A stretch of 64,000 nt of DNA from Blastocatellia bacterium (GTDB lineage: Bacteria > Acidobacteriota > Blastocatellia > HR10 > J050). The notes under the pieces were generated by a model. The model had not been told where the DNA came from. It did no database searches and saw only the letters and a program-made list of their open reading frames with translations. The stretch is taken from assembly GCA_025054955.1 (NCBI GenBank), contig JANWZE010000031.1, forward strand, positions 38,567-102,566, in the 5' to 3' direction. The translations under genes and the position numbers were made by a program. The number at the start of each line of letters is the position of its first letter. Positions within the stretch are counted from its first letter, which is position 1. Below are positions 29,678 to 38,032 of the stretch, piece after piece.

Positions 29678-29715
29678 ATCCATTTTTTTGGAAATCTGTG
29701 ACCAAAAAAATGGAT
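29678..29715. promoter_or_regulatory. perfect 14-bp-stem inverted repeat (atccatttttttgg-N10-ccaaaaaaatggat) in the receptor's 5' region
   Basis: Seen directly. The A/T tracts in both arms would make it a bidirectional terminator-like or operator-like structure. Confidence 0.5.
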
Positions 29716-29789
29716 GCCTGCGCCCGATCAATAAGCAACCGTCTCCTTGATTTCAATCGGCTTCTGCGTACCGAGAATGTTCTATAGCG

Positions 29790-29867
29790 ACAATTGCCTT
29801 TACCCGGGGAGCACCCGCCTCATGTACGCTTGAGTGGGCGCTCCTAGGGTAGGGCAAACCGCTCTAG
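29790..29867. repeat. degenerate copy of the structured family-A repeat
   Basis: cccggggagcacccgcctcatgtacgcttgagtgggcgctcctagggtagggcaaaccgctctag, compare with the copies at 23745 and 43231. Confidence 0.5.
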
Positions 29868-30144
29868 TACAGGAGACACGTTCATGGAGGCAAAAGCATG
29901 GCGGGAGCCGAACTGAGTGAAGGGGAATGTCCGATCTTGGCTCGATATTGGTAGAATACCTCCCGCCGCACAGTTAGTGGAGTGTGCAGCGGATTTATCG
30001 TCTTATGGTCACCAGCCTGAAGTCATGCTCGGCACTGGAGCCACAACTCCAGAGGGCTGCTGCAGCCACCCATCTATCTTTCAGGGCTATTATGTAGTGG
30101 CACCCACAGGTGCGAGTGGCTGATTCAGTCATCAGGCGGTTTTG

Positions 30145-30525
30145 TTAGAAGCCGCCAAACAGTTCAAATGAAAACAGGTCAAAAAGCCACTGAAACACGC
30201 GCCACGATGACTGGTAAGACCAATAATGAGTGCCATAGGAGGAATATGAATTGGCCTGAACACCCGCGACGGAACCACGACCAAAACCGGAGCCACCCAT
30301 GATACTGCCACTCACGCTGACATGCCCGATCGTCCCACTGCTGGAGCTAGCACCGCCAACAACTCCACTACCGCCACCGGGTCGGCCGGTGTGACCCTCT
30401 CTGGAGGCTTGTGAACTTATGCGAATGTCTCCACCGGGTCGGCCTGTATGGCCCTCTCGTGCAAAAACTGGAACCGTAGCCAAGAATAAAATGAAGAGTG
30501 CGAAAAGCGTCAATGTTTTCTTCAT
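30145..30525 (-). CDS. small secreted Gly/Ser-rich repeat protein (hypothetical)
   Basis: RBS GGAGGAAAGC before MKKTLTLFALFILFLATVPVFA (signal peptide). Internal repeat REGHTGRPGG x2. Confidence 0.5.
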   Translation of the reverse strand: MKKTLTLFALFILFLATVPVFAREGHTGRPGGDIRISSQASREGHTGRPGGGSGVVGGASSSSGTIGHVSVSGSIMGGSGFGRGSVAGVQANSYSSYGTHYWSYQSSWRVFQWLFDLFSFELFGGF

Positions 30526-30626
30526 GCTTTCCTCCGTTCCGCTATCAAAAACACGGTTACTTAGTATGATTGCGCAGCCAAGACGTTGCTTGGTTGCAAT
30601 CATTGTCTGACGATATAAAATTGGAA

Positions 30627-32066
30627 TCAAACATTATATTTCCTTCTCAACATAGTGATATAAGCCTTGGTGACCCCAAGTAACTCAGCAGCGCGCACCT
30701 GACTTCCATTAGCGCGTTGCAACGCTTCCGTCAGTAAAAACTTACCCAGTGACTCATGGGCTTCTCGCCACGTCGGCAGAAAGCTGCTTTTGATAACAAA
30801 AACGCCGCCGGCTGTCTTGATTTTCTCTTCCTTGAGCAGGTTCTCGATTCGCTCGATCTGCGTCTTGATATAGGCATCTGTATAGCCGTTTAGCAAGTTC
30901 TTCGCTCGATGAAGATATTCATAAGCCACAACTCCCTCACCCTTGCGAGCGTAGACCTCAGCCAAATACGTGCAGCTTTCGCATTCGAGCATTTTACTTT
31001 TGAGCTGAATAGCAAGCCGCAAGGCCTCGTCGAGCTTTTCCTTGCTTTCGTCCAGCGCGCCTTGAGTAGCCAACACACGACCCAGTGTGATGAGCGCGAA
31101 CGCTTTCTCCTGGTCATTTTTGGCTAAGTCAGCCAGTTGAATAGCTGAGTAAAGGACCTGACGAGCTTCCTCCAAGCGCCCTTGCTCAAGATGTAATACG
31201 CCCATCAGCTCAAGCGTCATGGACTCGCCAGCAATATCAGTGGCCCGACGACGGAGTTCCAGGCTCTCTTGAAGCAGGTCTGCGGCTGCTTTGTACTTAC
31301 CAAGGCGAATATAGGTGTAGGCTAAGTTGTTTGTAGCATGGCCGAGGTCATCAAAGACCGCGCTTTCTGAAAAGTAATGAATCGCTTTTTGAAACAGCTC
31401 CGCCGCCTCATCATACCGTCCCTTTGCACGCAACAAGATGGCGTAACTATTCAACACACCTGCATAGTATCGCCCATCTTCGGTCTTTTTGAGCAGTTTT
31501 ATGGCTTTGTTGTAAAACGATTCGGCCTGACTTAACTCACCTAACTGGTGATGAATGACTCCCAGGTTGAACGAAATGATCCCGGTAATGAAGTCTGTGT
31601 CTATGTCTGTCTGTGACTCGATAACGTCTAGTGCTTCGTCCAGATGTTTTTTAGCAAGCTCATATTGACCCTGGCGACGGTAAATCCTGCCCAACACAGA
31701 GAGCGCACGAGCTTGACCAAACCTATCGCCCTTAATCCGGTAGATGCCCAGCACATTCTGTAATTGCTTCTCGGCCGCTTCATACTCACCCCGCCAGTAC
31801 AATAATTCTGTTTTGGCCAACCCAAATTCAGCCGTGTCTTTCAGGTTTGTCTCGTCGTCAATCTTGTCTTCAGACGATTGGAGCACCTCTTCCGCTTCTT
31901 CAAGCCGCCCTTGATAGATCAGAATGTGCGCCTTGATAGCCGAAGCTCGCAGTTCACTCGTATCAGGGATACGCTCGATGAGCTTCGCTGCTTGCTTGTA
32001 ATTCCCACGTAGTACTAAATCCTCAACTTGGGAGATGTCTGTGGTGTGCAAAATGGATTTTGTCAT
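30627..32066 (-). CDS. TPR-repeat regulator with C-terminal Fis-type helix-turn-helix
   Basis: About 8-10 TPR-like repeats. C-terminus ...EALQRANGSQVRAAELLGVTKAYITMLRRKYNV matches an HTH_8/Fis motif. GC content is lower than the surroundings. Confidence 0.7.
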   Translation of the reverse strand: MTKSILHTTDISQVEDLVLRGNYKQAAKLIERIPDTSELRASAIKAHILIYQGRLEEAEEVLQSSEDKIDDETNLKDTAEFGLAKTELLYWRGEYEAAEKQLQNVLGIYRIKGDRFGQARALSVLGRIYRRQGQYELAKKHLDEALDVIESQTDIDTDFITGIISFNLGVIHHQLGELSQAESFYNKAIKLLKKTEDGRYYAGVLNSYAILLRAKGRYDEAAELFQKAIHYFSESAVFDDLGHATNNLAYTYIRLGKYKAAADLLQESLELRRRATDIAGESMTLELMGVLHLEQGRLEEARQVLYSAIQLADLAKNDQEKAFALITLGRVLATQGALDESKEKLDEALRLAIQLKSKMLECESCTYLAEVYARKGEGVVAYEYLHRAKNLLNGYTDAYIKTQIERIENLLKEEKIKTAGGVFVIKSSFLPTWREAHESLGKFLLTEALQRANGSQVRAAELLGVTKAYITMLRRKYNV

Positions 32067-32243
32067 AATTGCCTTCCTTGTTTACGAGTATCAATTCTTA
32101 CCATAGTCAACATGAGTATACCAAAATGATGATTAATAGTCAATTCAAAAAATTATCTAGTTTCGATTACTGCAACTAATTCACTCAATAACAAAGAATT
32201 ATAAAATTTTCAATAAAAAAGTTCACAATAATAAATTTTCTTC

Positions 32244-32271
32244 TTGACAAATAGATTTATCATGCTATACT
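32244..32271 (+). promoter_or_regulatory. near-consensus sigma-70 promoter (TTGACA-16-TATACT) ahead of the peptide array, inside a <35% GC tract
   Basis: ttgaca at 32244-49 and tatact at 32266-71. The first peptide ATG is at 32313. Confidence 0.55.
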
Positions 32272-32312
32272 AATGACGTGTTTGACAATTATGAACTCAT
32301 AAGGAGTGAACG

Positions 32313-32426
32313 ATGAAAAACATTCGACAACAACTCGGACAGATTGATCCAATTACCTTGGCTTTGGCTCTCTTGCTGGCGCTTGGCACGTTCTTTAGCG
32401 GTGCTTGTCCCATTCCAACGCAGTAA
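32313..32426 (+). CDS. small peptide 1 of a tandem paralogous array (37 aa, MKNIRQQLGQIDPITLALALLLALGTFFSGACPIPTQ)
   Basis: Own RBS AAGGAG 6 nt upstream. Conserved core QLGQIDPITL(L/A)LALLLALGT-GACPI is shared with peptides 2-5. Confidence 0.6.
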   Translation: MKNIRQQLGQIDPITLALALLLALGTFFSGACPIPTQ

Positions 32427-32466
32427 GGAGTCTCTTTCTATCCAAAAATATAAAAGGAGAACGACA

Positions 32467-32568
32467 ATGAACAGAATCAAGCAGCAATTTGGTCAGATTG
32501 ACCCGATCACTTTACTGTTAGCTTTGCTCCTGGCCCTGGGCACAGGTGCTTGCCCTATTAGGTTTTAG
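32467..32568 (+). CDS. small peptide 2 (33 aa, MNRIKQQFGQIDPITLLLALLLALGTGACPIRF)
   Basis: RBS AAGGAGA. Paralog of peptide 1. Confidence 0.6.
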   Translation: MNRIKQQFGQIDPITLLLALLLALGTGACPIRF

Positions 32569-32610
32569 CAATTGAGATTTCTCTTAACTTCATATCAAGG
32601 AGTGATGATT

Positions 32611-32712
32611 ATGAATAAGATCAAACAGCAACTCGGACAGATTGACCCCATCACCCTATTGCTGGCTTTATTGTTGGCGCTGGGCACGGGTGCTTGCCCG
32701 ATTAGCTTTTAG
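32611..32712 (+). CDS. small peptide 3 (33 aa, MNKIKQQLGQIDPITLLLALLLALGTGACPISF)
   Basis: RBS AAGGAG 8 nt upstream. Paralog. Confidence 0.6.
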   Translation: MNKIKQQLGQIDPITLLLALLLALGTGACPISF

Positions 32713-32767
32713 TCGTAATTCAGGTTTTTCTTACTTTCAAAATATCAAATAAAAAAGGAGAAATGAC

Positions 32768-32875
32768 ATGAATAAGATCAAACAGCAACTCGGACAGATT
32801 GACCCCATCACCCTATTGCTGGCTTTGTTGTTGGCGCTGGGCACAGGCGCTTGCCCTATTGCGCTGGGTCGCTAA
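32768..32875 (+). CDS. small peptide 4 (35 aa, MNKIKQQLGQIDPITLLLALLLALGTGACPIALGR)
   Basis: RBS AAAAGGAGA. Paralog. Confidence 0.6.
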   Translation: MNKIKQQLGQIDPITLLLALLLALGTGACPIALGR

Positions 32876-32911
32876 TCACGACGCATCAGCCTGCAAATCA
32901 GGAGACGAAAC

Positions 32912-33013
32912 ATGAAAGCGATTACGCGACAGCTCGGACAAATAGATCCCGTTACCATTTTGATAGCCCTGTTGCTTGCACTAAGCGCGGGAACTTGTTC
33001 AATCGTACCCTGA
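32912..33013 (+). CDS. small peptide 5 (33 aa, MKAITRQLGQIDPVTILIALLLALSAGTCSIVP), most divergent copy
   Basis: RBS CAGGAGA. Paralog. Confidence 0.55.
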   Translation: MKAITRQLGQIDPVTILIALLLALSAGTCSIVP

Positions 33014-33036
33014 CCAGCTTTCAGGTCAACATCGGG

Positions 33037-33077
33037 ACCAAGCTGAGCATTTACCAAACCATCACGCTCAGCTTGGT
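33037..33077 (+). terminator. perfect 12-bp-stem hairpin (accaagctgagc-N17-gctcagcttggt) between the peptide array and the ECF sigma gene
   Basis: Seen directly. Followed by a weak T-rich stretch 'tcctgttat', so it may be a terminator or attenuator that allows read-through. Confidence 0.5.
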
Positions 33078-33108
33078 TCCTGTTATGGAGAGTTATGGAG
33101 GATCAGCT

Positions 33109-33708
33109 ATGGCTGCACAAATGGTTGCAAGATTGACGGATTTTCAGTTAGCTCGAGCTTCAGCCGCTGGGGATCATCGGGCTTTTGAAATGCTTTACTG
33201 CCAGCATCACCGACGGGTTTACAGTCTGTGCTTGAGGATGCTGAGGAACCACGAAGAGGCGGAGGATGTGACCCAAGAGGTTTTTCTCCAGGTCTATCGT
33301 AAGATCAATAGTTTTCAGGGCAATTCGGCTTTCACCACCTGGCTTCACCGATTGACAGTTAACATGGTGCTCATGTATTTACGGCGCAAACAGAAGGGGC
33401 ATAGGCAGGAAGAGACGTTGGAAGCAAACCAAATGGCCGATCCACTGGAGAATCGCAAACAGGTTGGGCATCCTGATTTTCCCATTGAGGCAGTTGATTT
33501 GCAGAACGCGATCAATGATCTACCAAATGGCTACCGCCAGGTCTTTATCCTGCATGATATCGAAGGATATGAGCACAATGAGATTAGTCAATTACTGGGC
33601 ATTAGCGTCGGAACGGCGAAATCTCAACTGCACAAAGCTCGGTTGAAACTGCGACAAGCGCTGCGAGCTACCCACCCGCAACAACTCGTGACGGCGACCG
33701 TTCAATAA
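33109..33708 (+). CDS. ECF-type (sigma-70 family) RNA polymerase sigma factor
   Basis: Region 2 (...DVTQEVFLQVYRKINSFQGNSAFTTWLHRLTVNMVLMYLRRK) and region 4 HTH (...NEISQLLGISVGTAKSQLHKARLKLR). Start set at MAAQMVARL with RBS GGAGGA, with 33085 as an alternative. No anti-sigma gene follows. Confidence 0.8.
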   Translation: MAAQMVARLTDFQLARASAAGDHRAFEMLYCQHHRRVYSLCLRMLRNHEEAEDVTQEVFLQVYRKINSFQGNSAFTTWLHRLTVNMVLMYLRRKQKGHRQEETLEANQMADPLENRKQVGHPDFPIEAVDLQNAINDLPNGYRQVFILHDIEGYEHNEISQLLGISVGTAKSQLHKARLKLRQALRATHPQQLVTATVQ

Positions 33709-33710
33709 CT

Positions 33711-35066
33711 TTATTCAGTGTCAGTTTCAATCGGTTCTTTCTGAGGGCTACTGCGCAAGCCATATTTTTCCAACCGGTACTGTAGCGTGCGAAACGAAAT
33801 GCCCAGCAGTTTAGCGGCCTGCGTGATGTTTCCATCCGTGCGCTGCATAGCTTGGACGATCAGCGAGCGTTCGACTTCGTCCAGGACCACGCCGTCGGGC
33901 GGCAACTTAAAGATCGCGGCGCTTCGCTCTTGTTGATGTTGGCGTAATTCCGGGGGCAAATCGTCCTGACCGATCTGGTCGCTTTCACACAGTAAGATGG
34001 CGCGCTCAATCACTGATTCAAGTTGACGCACATTGCCCGGCCAACCATAGTTCATGAGCGCCTCCATCGCCGAGCGTGTCAGGCCGCTGATCCGTCGGTG
34101 AGCGGCTCGGGCATGCTTAGCCAGAAACAGATTGACCAACACCGGGATGTCCTCACGACGTTCCCGCAACGGCGGCACGTCAATCGAAAGCACATTGATG
34201 CGATAGAATAAGTCCTCGCGAAACCGACCATCTTGCACCATTGCGTCTAAATCCCGATTGGTGGCCGTCAGGACGCGAACGTCAACTTTGACCGGTCGCG
34301 TGCCGCCGACGCGCATGATTTCTTTCTCTTGCAGCGCTCGCAGTAGCTTGGCTTGCATGCTTGTGTTGAGCTCAGCAATTTCGTCTAAGAACAGTGTCCC
34401 TTGATCGGCGACCTCAAACAGGCCTTTTTTCTGCGCGTGGGCGCCGGTGAAGCTGCCTTTTTCGTGGCCGAACAATTCGGACTCCATCAGGTTCTCATTG
34501 ATAGCCGCGCAGTTGACTGCCTGAAAAATCTGGTTTGACCGTTGACTAGCTTTGTGGATCGCGCGTGCGATGCGCTCTTTACCGACGCCAGACTCGCCGC
34601 GAATGAGCACCGTTGAAGATGAATTGGCCACTTTTAAGATCATTTTTTTGACGCGCTCCATGGCTGCTGAGGCGCTGACGATCTCTTCGTCAATCGCGTC
34701 CAATTGCTTAAGCGCCTCTTGGATCGTTTTCAGCAGTGTGTCACGCTCCAGTGGTTTTTCCAGGTAGTCATAGGCGCCTAGCTTAATAGCTTCCTTAGCC
34801 GAATCAATCGAGCCATGGGCTGTCATCATGATGACGCAGGTGGATGAGTCCTGCGTCAGAAGCTCCTTCAGAAGCTGCAAGCCATCCATGCCTGGCATTT
34901 TCAGATCGGTGAGCACTAAATCGAAATGCTCATGTGCGACAAGCTGCATAGCCTGATGGCCGCTTGCGGCTGTGCTGACCTGATGTCCCTCTTCAGCGAG
35001 GATCAGTTGCAGAATATCGCGTTGAAGCTTTTCATCATCTACAACCAAAATCTTTCTGCTACGCAT
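33711..35066 (-). CDS. sigma-54-dependent response regulator (NtrC family: REC + AAA+ + Fis HTH)
   Basis: Receiver DLVLTDLKMPGMDG, Walker A GESGVGKE, GAFTGA motif (GSFTGA) and C-terminal HTH. Confidence 0.9.
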   Translation of the reverse strand: MRSRKILVVDDEKLQRDILQLILAEEGHQVSTAASGHQAMQLVAHEHFDLVLTDLKMPGMDGLQLLKELLTQDSSTCVIMMTAHGSIDSAKEAIKLGAYDYLEKPLERDTLLKTIQEALKQLDAIDEEIVSASAAMERVKKMILKVANSSSTVLIRGESGVGKERIARAIHKASQRSNQIFQAVNCAAINENLMESELFGHEKGSFTGAHAQKKGLFEVADQGTLFLDEIAELNTSMQAKLLRALQEKEIMRVGGTRPVKVDVRVLTATNRDLDAMVQDGRFREDLFYRINVLSIDVPPLRERREDIPVLVNLFLAKHARAAHRRISGLTRSAMEALMNYGWPGNVRQLESVIERAILLCESDQIGQDDLPPELRQHQQERSAAIFKLPPDGVVLDEVERSLIVQAMQRTDGNITQAAKLLGISFRTLQYRLEKYGLRSSPQKEPIETDTE

Positions 35067-35086
35067 GAGGCCGTCTCCTTAGTAGT

Positions 35087-36589
35087 TCATCCGTGCTGTT
35101 GGTTGGCATTTGTGTCAGAGGCCGGCGTTGGGGTATGCAAGCGTGGTAGCGTGATCGTAAACGACGAGCCTTGATCAAGCTGGCTGTGAACGCTAATAGT
35201 CCCGCCGTGGTCTTGCACCAATTTTTTAGTCACAGCCAGCCCCAGGCCAATGCCGGTCTCCTTCGTTGAGTAGTACGGCTCAAAGATTTTGTCCAGTTGC
35301 TCAGGGGCAATGCCAACGCCTGTATCGCTCACCGTGATTTGCACATCCTGATCAGAGGAAGCCAGGGTGATCCTCAATTGACCGCCTGTCGGCATAGCTT
35401 GAATGGCGTTCATCACCAAATTGGAGAGACAAATCTTCAGTAACTGCTCATCTGCCTGAATCTCTGGCACATCACCGTTGCATTCAACGAGCAAATGAAT
35501 TTTCTGTTCTTTTGCTTGCAGTTGCAATGGGGAAACGACATCGTTGAGCAATTGGGACAGGTTAACCGATTGAGGTGACAGTTTTGTTGGTTTGCCATAA
35601 TTGAGGAAGTCAGTCACAAGTTGGTTTAATCGCGCTATCTGGCTTTTAATTGAATCCAGTAAATTGTCGAACATGGATTGATCGGCCTCGGCGCTTGGGC
35701 GGAAACGGCTGCGTACATGGTCAATGCTGAGGTTGATGAAGTTCAGCGGATTGCGGATTTCGTGAGCGATGCCGGACGCCAAGCGTCCGATGGCGGCTGC
35801 TTGTTCAACCTCGCGCAGACGTTCTTCAAGCTGCCGATTGCGCTTTAAGCCATGAACCATTTCATTGAACGTGGCTGCCAGGCTACCGATCTCGTCGCGA
35901 TGTCTGACTTGGAGTTGCACATCAAGGTCGCCTTGGGCCACGCGGCGTTCAGCTTTGAGCAAATCGTCAATCGGACGAGTGAATCGCCTCACTAACCAGA
36001 TTAACAGGCAGGCGGTCACGCTCATCATGCCGATCATCGCCCACAGCCGGTTACGCGAGTTTTGTGTCAACACGTTGGAAATCCCTTCCCACGACAGCAG
36101 CACATGGATTCGCTCTTGTTGGGTAGCATTACCATTGCCTGTAGTGATGGGGAAATTGTAATAACGGACTTCGCCGGGCGCTGTCTGTTGGGCTTGCTGG
36201 AAGAGTTCGTTGTAGCTGATCTGGTGCTCTGGATCGGGTAACGGACCGGCGCTGACCAGCTCTTTGCCGAAGACGGCCGGGTTGGTACTGTCCTTGATCA
36301 CGCGACGATGGTCGGTGATGAAGATAAGCAAGACGATTGGCCGAAATCGCGGTTGCATGGGATGTTGCTCAATGTATTCGGAGAGCCACAGTGGTGTGGG
36401 AATGGAGGCTAATGAAACCTGCACAGCCTCAGCTAACGCGCCGACGTGCTCGTCCACTTTATCGTGAATTTCTGCCTCAGCTTTCACGTTGAGCTGATAC
36501 AGCAAAAAGGTTGTTAATCCGACCATCGTCACCAGCAACAGCGTGACTTGCAGCATGAAGCTCATGTAGCGACCATCTTTCCTTTGCAT
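35087..36589 (-). CDS. sensor histidine kinase (membrane anchor, periplasmic-like domain, HAMP, HisKA, HATPase)
   Basis: H-box AAIGRLASGIAHEIRNPL and G-boxes DTGVGI / GLGLAV. Cognate partner of the adjacent response regulator. Confidence 0.85.
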   Translation of the reverse strand: MQRKDGRYMSFMLQVTLLLVTMVGLTTFLLYQLNVKAEAEIHDKVDEHVGALAEAVQVSLASIPTPLWLSEYIEQHPMQPRFRPIVLLIFITDHRRVIKDSTNPAVFGKELVSAGPLPDPEHQISYNELFQQAQQTAPGEVRYYNFPITTGNGNATQQERIHVLLSWEGISNVLTQNSRNRLWAMIGMMSVTACLLIWLVRRFTRPIDDLLKAERRVAQGDLDVQLQVRHRDEIGSLAATFNEMVHGLKRNRQLEERLREVEQAAAIGRLASGIAHEIRNPLNFINLSIDHVRSRFRPSAEADQSMFDNLLDSIKSQIARLNQLVTDFLNYGKPTKLSPQSVNLSQLLNDVVSPLQLQAKEQKIHLLVECNGDVPEIQADEQLLKICLSNLVMNAIQAMPTGGQLRITLASSDQDVQITVSDTGVGIAPEQLDKIFEPYYSTKETGIGLGLAVTKKLVQDHGGTISVHSQLDQGSSFTITLPRLHTPTPASDTNANQQHG

Positions 36590-36790
36590 ATCGTCACCTC
36601 ATGACCAGCGAAATTGATCGCTTCGTCCAATGCGCTCATCCAGGATGGACCTGGCTGAGCCCCTCAGTGGTGGCAACAAGATGATTGTCTCCGGCATCAT
36701 GACAGTGTTATATTAACTTACGGCGAGTCGGCGTTGAAGTGCTGTGGCAAAAAGTGAATAACGGTATATTGCGATGACGGGAGCGAAGAG

Positions 36791-38032
36791 ATGATGAACA
36801 GAAAGATACGTGCGCTGACATTAGGTTTGACATTTCTTGTCACATCTTTGGGGTGGCCCTCCAGCGGGCTCAGTTACGCCAGCTCTGCGGCTGTCCTCGG
36901 CCAACGCAAAGCGTATCGGAGCGGCGTCAAGGCTCGCAAAGCCTCCTTGCAATCGAAACGTAAGACGTCGCAAGCAAGACAGCGATCAGCCGGCACGCGC
37001 TGGCGTCGGGCACGGCGCCGGCGTGGCCCGACGATGGCTGAGATACTGGCGGCCAGAGCCCGTGCTCTGCGACTGCAATCGCAAATGGCTATCGCTCAAG
37101 ATGACGTGCGCGGTGAAGACCCTGAGGTACGTCAAGCTGTCCTCAATGCCCTTGGCGATCAGGCGGGAACGGTGGTGGTGATGGATGCGCAAACAGGCCG
37201 AGTTTATAGCATCGTCAACCAGGAGTGGGCGATTCGCCAAGGGTTCACTCCCTGCTCGACGATCAAACCTTTTGTGGCTCTTGCTGCCTTGAAGGAGAAT
37301 CTGATTCGGCCCACATTCCCTGCTGGTCAAGCCTCGCTGTCGTTGAGCTTGCTTGATGCCCTCTCACGTTCGGACAACATCTACTTTCAGCGAATCGGCG
37401 CGAGCCTCGGCGCTGAGCGCCTGCGGCGCTACGCAACCGACTTTGGACTGGGACAACTGACAGGCATCAATTTGCCTGGTGAGATTGCTGGCCGTATCCC
37501 TGACGGCCCTGTTGTAGGGACAGCATCAAGTCATGGCACCGGCTTTGCCGTCACGGCGATTCAGTTGGCCGTCTTCACGGCAGCTATCGCCAATTATGGA
37601 GCGGTGTACAGGCCTCAAGTGGTGATTGATGATATGCAAGCGCAGCCTGCTGGTGATCAGCATGGCGAAAGCCACGGCGATTTGGCGTCCGGGGGCCCGA
37701 CGGTTGCTTTCAAGCCGATTTTGCATCGCCATCTGAATATCAGTGAGGTCGAGCGCTTGAACCTGCTGGCTGGGATGACCGGCGCCGTCGAATTTGGTAC
37801 AGCCCGCCGGTCATACGACCCGACAATTCAGGTAGCTGGCAAGACCGGCAGTTGTACTGGCGACGCCGGCGTTCGTCTCGGCCTGTTCGCTTCGTTTGCG
37901 ACCGTCGAGCGACCGAGGCTCGTGGTGGTGGTCATAACGCAGGGAATCAATGAACGGGGTTCTTCAGCAGCGCAGATTGCTGGTCATATCTACCAGCAAC
38001 TTGCCGACCGATTCCAATTACGACATCCGTAA
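36791..38032 (+). CDS. penicillin-binding / beta-lactamase-fold transpeptidase-domain protein with Arg/Lys-rich N-terminal region
   Basis: All three active-site motifs present: STIK (SxxK), SDN (SxN) and KTGS (KTG). Signal peptide plus a low-complexity basic segment. Confidence 0.65.
   Translation: MMNRKIRALTLGLTFLVTSLGWPSSGLSYASSAAVLGQRKAYRSGVKARKASLQSKRKTSQARQRSAGTRWRRARRRRGPTMAEILAARARALRLQSQMAIAQDDVRGEDPEVRQAVLNALGDQAGTVVVMDAQTGRVYSIVNQEWAIRQGFTPCSTIKPFVALAALKENLIRPTFPAGQASLSLSLLDALSRSDNIYFQRIGASLGAERLRRYATDFGLGQLTGINLPGEIAGRIPDGPVVGTASSHGTGFAVTAIQLAVFTAAIANYGAVYRPQVVIDDMQAQPAGDQHGESHGDLASGGPTVAFKPILHRHLNISEVERLNLLAGMTGAVEFGTARRSYDPTIQVAGKTGSCTGDAGVRLGLFASFATVERPRLVVVVITQGINERGSSAAQIAGHIYQQLADRFQLRHP

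Noticed and set aside
29880-30144. Possible ncRNA (SRP, 6S or a riboswitch) in the 5' region of the TonB receptor or downstream of the Gly-rich protein gene
   Set aside because: I could not match conserved SRP domain IV, tmRNA, RNase P or B12-box signatures by eye. It is left unannotated. An Infernal/Rfam scan would settle it.
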